A DNA stretch of 24,617 nucleotides from a virus. Taxonomy: Duplodnaviria > Caudoviricetes. The stretch is taken from the IMG/VR virus record IMGVR_UViG_3300025372_000925, positions 1 to 24,617 of that record; one strand, given 5' to 3'. Below the pieces are notes generated by a model. That model worked only from the letters and a program-made list of their open reading frames with translations, did not search any database and was not told the origin of the DNA. Positions 16,601 to 23,894 of this stretch are shown here, piece after piece (within the stretch, counting starts at the first letter, position 1; each line of letters opens with the position of its first letter). The translations under genes were made by a program, and so were the position numbers.

Positions 16601-19100
16601 ATGCTGCTGCAAGTTGTGGTTCTTTTAATATTTTAAATTGATCATCAGACAATAAAATGTCTTCTGTAATTAAATTCATAGCTTGACTAAATTTTGCTAT
16701 TTGTTCATTAGTTACCTGAACACCTTTTTCTTTAGCTTGCAAAATATTTGAAGTATAAACTGAAGGAGTTAATTCTTGAGAAATAAATTGTTCTCTCGCT
16801 ATTCCTTTACTTTCTTTTCCAGCTCTTATCAAATTACCAGACTCGTCATAAATTGGTCTTTGAGCATAAGGTTTCATTGCTTCGTTTACACTATGACTTA
16901 GGTTTAAAACAAAATTATCAAGTAGATTAAACAATATTTGCTCTTCTTTTACTGCACCTGTTTCTATTGCAGTAAGTGCTTGATTAACTCTTGTTTGTTG
17001 TACAGCAGTAAGTTCTGGCAGCAATGCTGCAGCTTCTTCTTTTGAAAGTGTTTGAGAAATTCCAACGTGTGCTTTATCCATTCTTGCAAAATCATCTTGT
17101 GTTCTAGTATTAATTAATGGAAGTGAAGGTAGTGTTCCTGAACTTAATCTTCCGCCAACAAGTTGACTTTGTGCAACAGCGGCGGCTGTGCTAATTTTTT
17201 CTTCAAGAGTTCCAGTATTCATTGCTGTTGACATTCCAGACAAAGATTCTGTTAATCTTTGAATTGCTTGTGAAAGAAGATCTACTGCATCAACATCATT
17301 AACTATTTGATTTGAAAAAAGCTCTGCTGCTTTTTGTGATGCTACAATTTCAGGTGTTAGAAGTTCTTTAAGAGTCATGCCACCGTGAGCAAGCTTATTT
17401 ATATTACCAACAGTCTTAAGAATATAACCAGCAAAATTGGAAAGCAAACCAGTTAACATGATGAGTGGTCCAGCTAATGCTGCACCAACTAATAGAAATC
17501 CAAAAAATCCTTTAAGTGGAGAAGGCAAATCACTAAATGCTTTGCCAATTTTATTTGCAACATTAAGAACTATAGTTCCCATTTCAACAAATTTTTGTCC
17601 AATTGGATAAAGGGTAGCCTTAATTCCTTCTAATGCTCTTGCTAATTGTGCGGAAGCAGAAGATGTTGCTTGCTTCATTTCTTGATTTGCAAGTGTTGTT
17701 AATTGACTTGATGTAGCATTAGCAATCTTTAATGCGTTAATTGTTTGGCTTCCCGCCTTGCCAAAGTTTTCAATAAGTGCTGATACACGAGCAAATTGGA
17801 ATTTACCAAATAGTTTTTCAATAAGTTGTTCTCTAACAAGTGGGGTAAGATTTTGCAAGCCTTGTTGTAAAGCCTGAATCATTTGTACTGGTCCGCCAGC
17901 ACCTTTAATTGCATCAAGGCTTATTCCAAATGATTGGAACTCTTTCTTTGCTGCTGTTGTTGGAGCGATTATAGATGCCATTGCAGATTTAAGTGCGTTA
18001 GCAGATTGGGCTGCTGGAACACCTGCTTCTTTCATTGCAAGAAGCATTACAGCTGTTTCTTTATAAGTTCCACCAAGTTGTTGCATAATTGGGCCAACAC
18101 GTGGAATTGCTTCGGTCATGTCAGAAAGTGACATTGTTGTTTGCTTCTGTACGTCAGACAAGAAGTTTACAGCAGTTGCTAGGTCCGCTGTATTAATTTT
18201 ATAAACATTTTGAAGAGCAACAATTGCATTAGTTGCTGCTTGAGAATCTACTCCTCCAAGCTTTGACAAACGTTCTGCCTGATAAGTAATGTTAAGAAGA
18301 TCTTGACCTTGCTTACCCATAGCAGCAAAGTTTGCTGCAGTTTTAACAGTTTCAGTTTGTGCAATACCCATTGTTTGAGCAATTTTAGTTCCTAAATCTA
18401 GGACTTGCTTAGATATAGCGTCAAGTTCTGCTTGTGATGGAGGTGTTAAACCTTCACCATAAAGTCTTTGAAGTCTTGTAAGTTCTGTATTGGTATCTTT
18501 AAATGATTTTACTGCTGATGCACCAAACAAAACCATAGGCATAGTTAAACCAACTGTTAACTGACGACCCGCCCATTGTGTATTTTTACCAAAATTAATA
18601 AGTGCTGTTGAGCCACCTTCAATGGCTTTCTGCATTAATGCAGCCTTCATAGTTACAAGTTCTTCAGCTTGTGCTACACCATTAAATGCTGTTGGTGTGT
18701 AAACATCTAAAAAGCCTTGTTTGTTTTGAACAACTACAGAATTATTAAGTTTTATTTGTGATTCTGCAAGTGCATTCATTGATGCAGTTGCTTGTCCTGC
18801 TTTACCAGTTATTATATTAAAGTATTCGGAAAGCCTTAATTTTCCAGATACAAGTGACTGACCAAATTTTTCTGTTTCTGATGCCATCTTGACAGTTTGC
18901 ATAGTAAACTGTCCAGTTGAAAGCATTGTTGATTTAAATGCTGCTTGTGCTGCATTAAGATCTTTTGTAAGTTGTTGGCCTAATCCAACGCCCGCCACAC
19001 CTTTATTAAGTGCATCAATTTGTAATTGAAGGGCCTTGATTTGATTATTAACGGAAGAGAAATCACCAAGAGCAACTATATTTAATTCTATTTTTGCCAA
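13608..19100 (-). CDS. Tape measure protein
   Basis: 1830 aa, Ala/Gln-rich and helical. TP901-type core ('GRQLTVGLTMP', 'AIPRVGP', 'AAQSANALKS') and C-terminal 'ARGGFISGPGTWTSDSIPAMLSNGEFV' motif. TTG start with GGAGGTGA RBS, directly after the chaperone genes. Confidence 0.95.
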   Translation of the reverse strand: MAKIELNIVALGDFSSVNNQIKALQLQIDALNKGVAGVGLGQQLTKDLNAAQAAFKSTMLSTGQFTMQTVKMASETEKFGQSLVSGKLRLSEYFNIITGKAGQATASMNALAESQIKLNNSVVVQNKQGFLDVYTPTAFNGVAQAEELVTMKAALMQKAIEGGSTALINFGKNTQWAGRQLTVGLTMPMVLFGASAVKSFKDTNTELTRLQRLYGEGLTPPSQAELDAISKQVLDLGTKIAQTMGIAQTETVKTAANFAAMGKQGQDLLNITYQAERLSKLGGVDSQAATNAIVALQNVYKINTADLATAVNFLSDVQKQTTMSLSDMTEAIPRVGPIMQQLGGTYKETAVMLLAMKEAGVPAAQSANALKSAMASIIAPTTAAKKEFQSFGISLDAIKGAGGPVQMIQALQQGLQNLTPLVREQLIEKLFGKFQFARVSALIENFGKAGSQTINALKIANATSSQLTTLANQEMKQATSSASAQLARALEGIKATLYPIGQKFVEMGTIVLNVANKIGKAFSDLPSPLKGFFGFLLVGAALAGPLIMLTGLLSNFAGYILKTVGNINKLAHGGMTLKELLTPEIVASQKAAELFSNQIVNDVDAVDLLSQAIQRLTESLSGMSTAMNTGTLEEKISTAAAVAQSQLVGGRLSSGTLPSLPLINTRTQDDFARMDKAHVGISQTLSKEEAAALLPELTAVQQTRVNQALTAIETGAVKEEQILFNLLDNFVLNLSHSVNEAMKPYAQRPIYDESGNLIRAGKESKGIAREQFISQELTPSVYTSNILQAKEKGVQVTNEQIAKFSQAMNLITEDILLSDDQFKILKEPQLAAAYDQSIKKAIEVFTVMAQNGEEDAAEMLKLAQAFQELRNYTTLEITGPLSTMGIKGGGSSGATQIRGAAFPGVSTYETAGGTRAEIAAMAAEIRASGSIIDQSFADAIFAERELIVNAVNKVGEEEIKAAETIGEEVGSVAAESQITAMQIKINQMIPSLVKTTSSKLTAESSMFALPGFEAGQVYQSSMQKQIESMFPAMMQSEAEILTAESSMFAIPGEAAGDSWLSAFMTRVKGAGSAIGSTVSKVGGMGKGGAMGIALGGTILGQTLAGNKNSAVSTAGTAVTAGANAAMIASLLPEAGTPLLGGALAMPGIGVIVGGVIAATVAIKTLSKMMADAKAHNDAIAASFKASGDAISVYGGTMRNTTQAVYSFNMGTAETQKALSQTAQDVENITKLKPTDALRQIGDLLKGGTTASGIIGTVEQFAAAQVANGMDPKGVSQMVTDLLTYAGKTQYLSAALKEVTGNTKDLSTATDTWLHKLVTANGFMPIMTTDYSQLNTQQKALSDAMLSISNTLANSQTPMSTVTDLLKSMGTAAANSKDAVVALQAALINVGQAGAASNVGTWFGQGMTMADIQMMLMLGTKGSQYTAGLQDSNKQQLMASLKNDVTKYYTDQAQQSVDAAKAGLASAQSNLTKAQASAALQASTTSGLTNAQKKQLLQDNARVKALDAQLATMKLQTQELKAQQQYNLSQADLDNQIRLAQASGDFLQANLLRQQKNANTTDFNTTNQQQDLQNQKDALSQEIAGLNQIVADFKTKTQTADNLQTYKDAITLAGKGVADALKNQKNLPSTLADIFKNLGISDTNPLAVKVVADTTAGPNGKGRQYGANAFGTPPTGAKAGQTWTDPVSHLKFTFNPGIPGKGGPFWTAPDGTRLDVPNKARGGFISGPGTWTSDSIPAMLSNGEFVTNAASVAKYGTSFMNSINNGTFNPKFPTVGAPNVPTAGGAGIGGAVYNITVNAQTSANTDEIVKAVTDSIKRMDSMTSTNRRIRV

Positions 19101-19118
19101 GTTATTGTCTCACCTCCA

Positions 19119-19732
19119 TCATTCCATTGTCATAAAGCCTAGTCCTTCACCCACTCCAAAACCTTCTTTAGATGCTGTGTGAGCATTTTGAAGAGCTGCA
19201 ACATCTTCGGGTTCTTTGGATTGTTCATCCAAATCTACACCAGCAATTGCTGCTTGGAACTTCATTTCTCTTTCTTCTTTTGCTCTTAATGTTTTTATCA
19301 AAGCATTAAGTTCATGAATAGAGAGATTTTCCTCTAGCTCATCAAAATTTTTCCAATGACCTAAAGCAAAAACTTCAGACTCTAAGGAGCTTAGATCTAG
19401 TTCGTCCCAACTAGAGCCGCTCCCAGAAGGTTTGGGTCTGTTAGTTTTAACCCACCCGCAACTTCAAGAATCTTCATCATGGTAGGAACTTCAACCAATT
19501 CCTCAAACTTATCTTTATTAGCCAAATCTGCTCTTCCTAGTCCTTCTAGGCACACGATTGCTGCGTCAACAAACTGATCCATTGCATCAAGTTCTGTTTT
19601 GCTTTCATCAATTCCCATGGAGTTAACAATCTCCATGAACTTTCTTAGCTGCTTAATAGGCAGAGGTTTTAGAGTAACGATTGATCCGTCACTTAGTTCA
19701 ATTTCTACTACATCATATACTGTTGTTGCCAA
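19119..19732 (-). CDS. Tail assembly chaperone, long (G-T) form made by -1 frameshift, 204 aa
   Basis: The -1 frame is open from the slippery site at 19430-19436 (…PSGSGSSWDELDLSSLESEVFALGHWKNFDELEENLSIHELNALIKTLR…) through to the stop at 19119. The 60-aa track ORF 19119..19301 is its C-terminus. Confidence 0.85.
19386..19436 (-). promoter_or_regulatory. Programmed -1 ribosomal frameshift signal (C-CCA-AAC heptamer plus stem-loop)
   Basis: In-frame X-XXY-YYZ heptamer at 19436..19430, a 6-nt spacer, then a stem-loop with outer GGAGC/GCTCC and inner TCTAGTT/AACTAGA pairing (19423..19386). Confidence 0.85.
19397..19732 (-). CDS. Tail assembly chaperone, short (G) form
   Basis: 111 aa, located between the major tail and tape measure genes. 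TTG start with AAGGAG RBS. Ends ...TDPNLLGAALVGTN. Confidence 0.88.
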   Translation of the reverse strand: MATTVYDVVEIELSDGSIVTLKPLPIKQLRKFMEIVNSMGIDESKTELDAMDQFVDAAIVCLEGLGRADLANKDKFEELVEVPTMMKILEVAGGLKLTDPNLLGAALVGTN

Positions 19733-19758
19733 TTTATAGCTCCTTTATTATTAGTTAA

Positions 19759-19767
19759 ATTATACCA
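19759..19767 (-). promoter_or_regulatory. Extended -10 promoter element (TGGTATAAT)
   Basis: Lies between the post-MTP hairpin and the chaperone RBS. A possible -35 (TTGTCT) is 16 nt upstream of TATAAT. Confidence 0.65.
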
Positions 19768-19787
19768 AGATAGTTAGTCAAGACAAA

Positions 19788-19820
19788 TTCAAGACCCCGC
19801 CATTTCTGACGGGGCTTGAA
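19788..19820 (-). terminator. Putative intrinsic terminator after the major tail gene
   Basis: Minus strand TTCAAG-CCCCGTCA-GAAA-TGGCGGGG-T-CTTGAA: GC-rich stem with a GNRA loop, followed by TTTGTCTT. Confidence 0.75.
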
Positions 19821-19851
19821 ATTCTGTATTAAGTTGTATATTAAGTTTTGT

Positions 19852-20655
19852 TTAGAATGTACCGTATACACGGTCAATAACAACACCGTATTCTGCACCT
19901 GCATAGTTTGCATCTGAATCTGGCAAGCAACGGAAATTCACTGGGAACACAGTTGCTGCATCACGCTTGAGTGCATGCATTGTTGTATCAATAGAAACAA
20001 CACGACGAGCAACGTATACACGCTCCTTGTTACGAGCAACAGTAGTTACTGAGCCTGTTCCAACTGATACAACTGGTGTTGAACCTGTTGCTGCTGGATC
20101 ATTGAAAGCTGCTGATGTACCGATTTGAGCTGGAGCTTGTCCAACTGCGATAAGTACACGCTCTACTGGTGCGTCACCAAGAGCACCTGCAGCCATGTTC
20201 AATGTTGCTGCTGGAGTATCTGGTGTGCTGTTAACAGCAGAATCATTGTTTAGCAATGTTGGAACGTTAACAACTGAGTTGTTAGCATTAGCAACATATA
20301 CGCTATCCATTTGACCCCATGAGAATTGAAGATTTTCAAGAGTTGCTTCGGTAAGTTCTGTCTTAAGCATAACTTTAAGTGTTTGCTTGAAGATACGGGC
20401 TGCATCAAGAAGTTGATCAACCATAACCTCACCGTATGTTGGCTCATATGAAACTTCAAGTCCTGTATTTGTATAACCAACTTCACGATAAGCAGAAGAC
20501 TGGAGAATACCAGTACGTGCTGATGTGTTTGTTGGCATCAAATTTGAAAGATCTGTTTTGTATGTTGTTGGGCGACCTGTATTGTTTGAGCTGTTACCAA
20601 CTGAAACGAATAGAGATGCTGCTCCAACGATTACGTTTTTAGTACTTGTAGCCAT
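19852..20655 (-). CDS. Major tail (tube) protein
   Basis: 'VIVGAA.LF', 'EVGYTNTGLEVSYEP....VDQL', 'TELTEATLENL' and 'KRDAATVFPVNFRCLPD' tail-tube motifs. Strong AAGGTGGTGA RBS, and canonical position before the chaperone and tape measure genes. Confidence 0.9.
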   Translation of the reverse strand: MATSTKNVIVGAASLFVSVGNSSNNTGRPTTYKTDLSNLMPTNTSARTGILQSSAYREVGYTNTGLEVSYEPTYGEVMVDQLLDAARIFKQTLKVMLKTELTEATLENLQFSWGQMDSVYVANANNSVVNVPTLLNNDSAVNSTPDTPAATLNMAAGALGDAPVERVLIAVGQAPAQIGTSAAFNDPAATGSTPVVSVGTGSVTTVARNKERVYVARRVVSIDTTMHALKRDAATVFPVNFRCLPDSDANYAGAEYGVVIDRVYGTF

Positions 20656-20727
20656 TTATTTATTTCACCACCTTATTTGATATAAAATTAAAACAAAAAA
20701 AAGTGACAACTTGCTTCCTCATAGAAA

Positions 20728-20736
20728 AGCATAGCA
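20728..20736 (-). promoter_or_regulatory. Possible extended -10 promoter (TGCTATGCT) for the major tail gene
   Basis: In the intergenic gap 20656-20758. TTGAAT lies 16 nt upstream of TATGCT. Confidence 0.45.
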
Positions 20737-20758
20737 TTTAACCTATATAATTCAAATT

Positions 20759-21286
20759 TTAGATATATCTGCCAGTATTGGTGGTTGTACCTTCATCTAC
20801 TTCACGGGTATAGGTATATCCTATTGCAATATCCCCGCTCATAAATCCACCTTCATCAATAAATGGTTGTACTGGATTTGCAGATTCTAGGCGGAAGAAT
20901 AGGAATCTAAATGGACTTCCCGCCATTCTTTCAGCATTTACATCTGCTGCTGACTGCTCATATCTTCTAAATAGGTCTGTCAAGAAGTTAGCAATTGTAA
21001 GTATTTGAGTGTTATTTCTAGATACTATCTGCATGATCATAGATTCATCAGATAGCCACCATTGAACCCCATGATTTTTTTGCACAATGTCATAAGTAAT
21101 ATAAGTCTTGCCTGGAAGCAAGTTGTTAAATTCTGGAACTTGTTGAGACGGGATAATAGGGACTAGCGGGGACGTAAATCCTGTAGCCGTATAATCAGAT
21201 GCATGAAATAGGCCAGCATTTTGCAATTCTGTCCATATGGCATTACGCACATCTGATACTGCAACTTTTGAATAATCTACCGTCAT
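20759..21286 (-). CDS. Putative tail terminator protein
   Basis: 175 aa directly before the major tail gene, ATGA overlap with the upstream gene. Call based on synteny. Confidence 0.6.
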   Translation of the reverse strand: MTVDYSKVAVSDVRNAIWTELQNAGLFHASDYTATGFTSPLVPIIPSQQVPEFNNLLPGKTYITYDIVQKNHGVQWWLSDESMIMQIVSRNNTQILTIANFLTDLFRRYEQSAADVNAERMAGSPFRFLFFRLESANPVQPFIDEGGFMSGDIAIGYTYTREVDEGTTTNTGRYI

Positions 21287-22002
21287 CTAACTATATCCCC
21301 CGTGTCTATTTCATTTGCAAGTTTTGTTACTGCATTTTTTACAGCAGCCGCACTAGATTTATTTGAACTTAATGCTATGGAAACGTCGTTTGCCAATCTA
21401 TCATAATATCCAGATGAATCTATAACTACATTACTCTTATTAGTATACCAATCAAGCATATATTCTGCAAAAGCATTCTTTGTTTGAATCCCGCCTGGAT
21501 GCAATATGTTTATTTGAGTTCCTGGTGCTATAAAAGCAATTCCATTATTACCCATAAAAGCTAAAACTCTTTTTGCTTGAAATGAGACTGGAGTTCCACT
21601 TTCCATAACTTCTGCTTTATTTCTAAATATACTTCTTGAAGATACTATTTTGCCAGTTCTTCCAGGCTTTAGCAATTCTGGATTTATTGGAACTGGCATT
21701 TTAGATGATAAGAAATTTGATGATATAACTAAATCGCCATAAATTATTCTGCTTCTTTCAAGAACAAATAATCTTTGAGTAGGATTTCCTATACCGCCCC
21801 ATTCATAAACGTGGTGCATTCTTTTGGGATTTCTTCTGGCATAGTTGTCAACATCTATCATAAAGCGTTCTGCTGTTAATGAAAATATTGATCTTGCAAC
21901 TTGGCTTAATACTGTAGGCTTAGTAAGTTCTTGAAGACCTTCTGAAAGGTCATACATTGAATTTACAAGTTGCTTTGTATCAACCTCAAGCTTGACTGTC
22001 AT
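21283..22002 (-). CDS. Putative neck / tail-completion protein
   Basis: 239 aa between the stopper-like and terminator-like genes, with 'HHVYEWG' motif. Function assigned by synteny only. Confidence 0.5.
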   Translation of the reverse strand: MTVKLEVDTKQLVNSMYDLSEGLQELTKPTVLSQVARSIFSLTAERFMIDVDNYARRNPKRMHHVYEWGGIGNPTQRLFVLERSRIIYGDLVISSNFLSSKMPVPINPELLKPGRTGKIVSSRSIFRNKAEVMESGTPVSFQAKRVLAFMGNNGIAFIAPGTQINILHPGGIQTKNAFAEYMLDWYTNKSNVVIDSSGYYDRLANDVSIALSSNKSSAAAVKNAVTKLANEIDTGDIVR

Positions 22003-22432
22003 CTTGCAACTCAGTTCTTAGAAGCACTGCTTCATAGTATGCTATCTTTGCAAAAGGATCTAATACTGCGTGTGCTGCAGTTACTTCAAAAATTGTGTCT
22101 GGTTGTCCAGATTTATCAATTTCAATAAATATTTTCTTTCTATCACTTGAGCGAATGTTTTGAATACGCCAACGCTTTGAAAGTAGTTCTAATCCTTTAA
22201 GTCTAAGCTGGAGTTTTTCTGTATAATTACCATCTGATGTTTTATCAAATGCTTTGTTATCGGTTCTTGTTGAAGCCCCGCCAACTTTAATAGGCTCTAC
22301 CTTGCATTGAATTGTATGGCTATATACCCATTGACGCTTGATTGCACCAGTTGATGGATCTTGAGCATTTACCTGTGTATAAACATCCGCCTTCATATTC
22401 ATGATGGATGCCATAAATGATGAATTAAACAT
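21986..22432 (-). CDS. Putative head-closure (stopper) protein
   Basis: 148 aa, beta-rich pattern ('ADVY.Q...QDP.TGAI.R.W....I.C'), coupled to the adaptor gene by TAATG. Confidence 0.65.
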   Translation of the reverse strand: MFNSSFMASIMNMKADVYTQVNAQDPSTGAIKRQWVYSHTIQCKVEPIKVGGASTRTDNKAFDKTSDGNYTEKLQLRLKGLELLSKRWRIQNIRSSDRKKIFIEIDKSGQPDTIFEVTAAHAVLDPFAKIAYYEAVLLRTELQDDSQA

Positions 22433-23388
22433 TAGATAATCACAATATTTGCTTTACGGTATTGATCAAGAATGTTGTCTACTGCAACGTTTCCTGTACC
22501 GTTAAAGGCACCCTTAGCCATCTCAAATGAAATTTCACTAAGGTCAACCTTGGACAAATACTTATTTCTCCAATTGTAGTCGTTTGAAAGTATGTCTTGA
22601 ATCAAGAGCATACATGCAAGCTTAATATCTTCTGGTACATACTTGTAACCAATTTGTCCGACAAAACGGTATAGATATCCATCTCTAAATCTTCCGTATG
22701 GATAAATGACGGGATCCATTTGATTGTTCCAGCCATCAGGCCATCCTGGATACCATATTCTTATAGCATAACCGCTTGGGCTAATTTCTGTGCTATACCC
22801 AAATGTATTATAAACTGGGTTCTGAGTTTGATCAAATACCAAGATTTCGTTCTCATAAATCTGATCAAGTGTAAGCATTTTTTCTGTAAGCTGAATGGTA
22901 TCTGAACCAATAGCGTATACTTCTTGACCGCCATAGTATGTGTAGAATTTTATGCCTGTATAGCCTTCTATGATGGTTCTGGCAAGCTTTTCTGCATTGA
23001 CTATACTCTTTGGGTCAATATAATTGGCATCTGATGGAGTAGGGCTATATCCAAGGAAATCCATGGACTCCCCGACTGATGCATAAGGTGTTTCAATTGA
23101 ATAAAAATCATTCTGATTAACTGTTACTCCGCCAACAACATATGACCAACGTGCCTCTAAGACAAAGTTTCTATTGGTTACTGCTGGAGTCAAGGCATAT
23201 GAATAAATGCCTGCGGGAGTCTCATCATATCCAGTTAAACTTCCAAATCCAGTAAGTGGTGCAGAATCATTGTCTGCATCATAAAGTGCTAATGTGGGAT
23301 TTGTGTTAGCGTCTACTTGAGACAAGACCCCGTTACTATATACTTCTAAGTATATCTTTTGTTGGCTGTTAGTGTTGATTGTTTGCAA
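22432..23388 (-). CDS. Head-tail adaptor/connector protein with N-terminal Ig-like extension
   Basis: 'AEKLARTIIEGYTG', 'GYKYVPEDIKLAC.LL' and 'TGNVAVDNILDQYR' motifs of SPP1 gp15/HK97 gp6-like adaptors. TTG start with GGGGGTG RBS. Confidence 0.8.
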   Translation of the reverse strand: MQTINTNSQQKIYLEVYSNGVLSQVDANTNPTLALYDADNDSAPLTGFGSLTGYDETPAGIYSYALTPAVTNRNFVLEARWSYVVGGVTVNQNDFYSIETPYASVGESMDFLGYSPTPSDANYIDPKSIVNAEKLARTIIEGYTGIKFYTYYGGQEVYAIGSDTIQLTEKMLTLDQIYENEILVFDQTQNPVYNTFGYSTEISPSGYAIRIWYPGWPDGWNNQMDPVIYPYGRFRDGYLYRFVGQIGYKYVPEDIKLACMLLIQDILSNDYNWRNKYLSKVDLSEISFEMAKGAFNGTGNVAVDNILDQYRKANIVII

Positions 23389-23404
23389 TCAAAACACCCC
23401 CTAA

Positions 23405-23803
23405 TTATGCGTAGTACTCTTGAGCCTCTCGTGGAGTCGCAAGGCGGAATCCTGCTTGTGTATCAAAAATCTTTTGAGCATCTGTTTCAGACATAGCCAT
23501 GAATGGGTGTTCCTGAGTAAAGATATAGCCATTTGTTTCGTATGAATGGTTATTTCTTTCCATCTTGACCAAAACTTGTGTTGCTGTGTTCATGATCTTC
23601 TGCTCTCTCTTTTTCTTTTCGTTATCTGGAATCTTAATTTCTTGCTTTTCAACATTAGTAAACTTATCATACATTTGATAAGAAATGCCTTCTTCTTCAA
23701 GAAGTGCAACAATCTCTTGCTTTGTCTTCAAACCTTGAGTTTCAACACCAAAAGATTCTGCTGCTTTTCTAAGTTCTGTAATTTTTAAATCTGCAAATGA
23801 CAT
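23405..23803 (-). CDS. Hypothetical protein with N-terminal helix-extension-helix (Rho-N/HeH-like) motif
   Basis: 'FADLKITELRKAAESFGVETQGLKTKQEIVALL' fits the Rho-N/HeH pattern. AAAGGA RBS upstream. Confidence 0.65.
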   Translation of the reverse strand: MSFADLKITELRKAAESFGVETQGLKTKQEIVALLEEEGISYQMYDKFTNVEKQEIKIPDNEKKKREQKIMNTATQVLVKMERNNHSYETNGYIFTQEHPFMAMSETDAQKIFDTQAGFRLATPREAQEYYA

Positions 23804-23826
23804 TTGTCATCCTTTCGTCATTGTTT

Positions 23827-23835
23827 ATTATATCA
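23827..23835 (-). promoter_or_regulatory. Extended -10 promoter element (TGATATAAT)
   Basis: Immediately downstream of the post-capsid hairpin and upstream of the RBS of 23405..23803. Confidence 0.6.
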
Positions 23836-23841
23836 GAAAAT

Positions 23842-23875
23842 GGCTAAGGGGACTACTTTTAAGTAATCCCCCGCC
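23842..23875 (-). terminator. Putative intrinsic terminator after the major capsid gene
   Basis: Minus strand GGC-GGGGGATTAC-TTAAAA-GTAGTCCCCT-TA-GCC followed by ATTTTCT, about 20 nt after the capsid stop codon. Confidence 0.7.
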
Positions 23876-23894
23876 TTGCAACTAATAAAAAATA

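Noticed and set aside
19119-19301. Stand-alone 60-aa gene
   Set aside because: Better explained as the C-terminus of the frameshifted chaperone, since its frame is open back to the slippery site.
20685-20715. AAGT-TGTC-ACTT followed by a U-tract in the major tail gene leader as an attenuator
   Set aside because: The stem is only about 4 bp and AT-rich, too weak to support a call.
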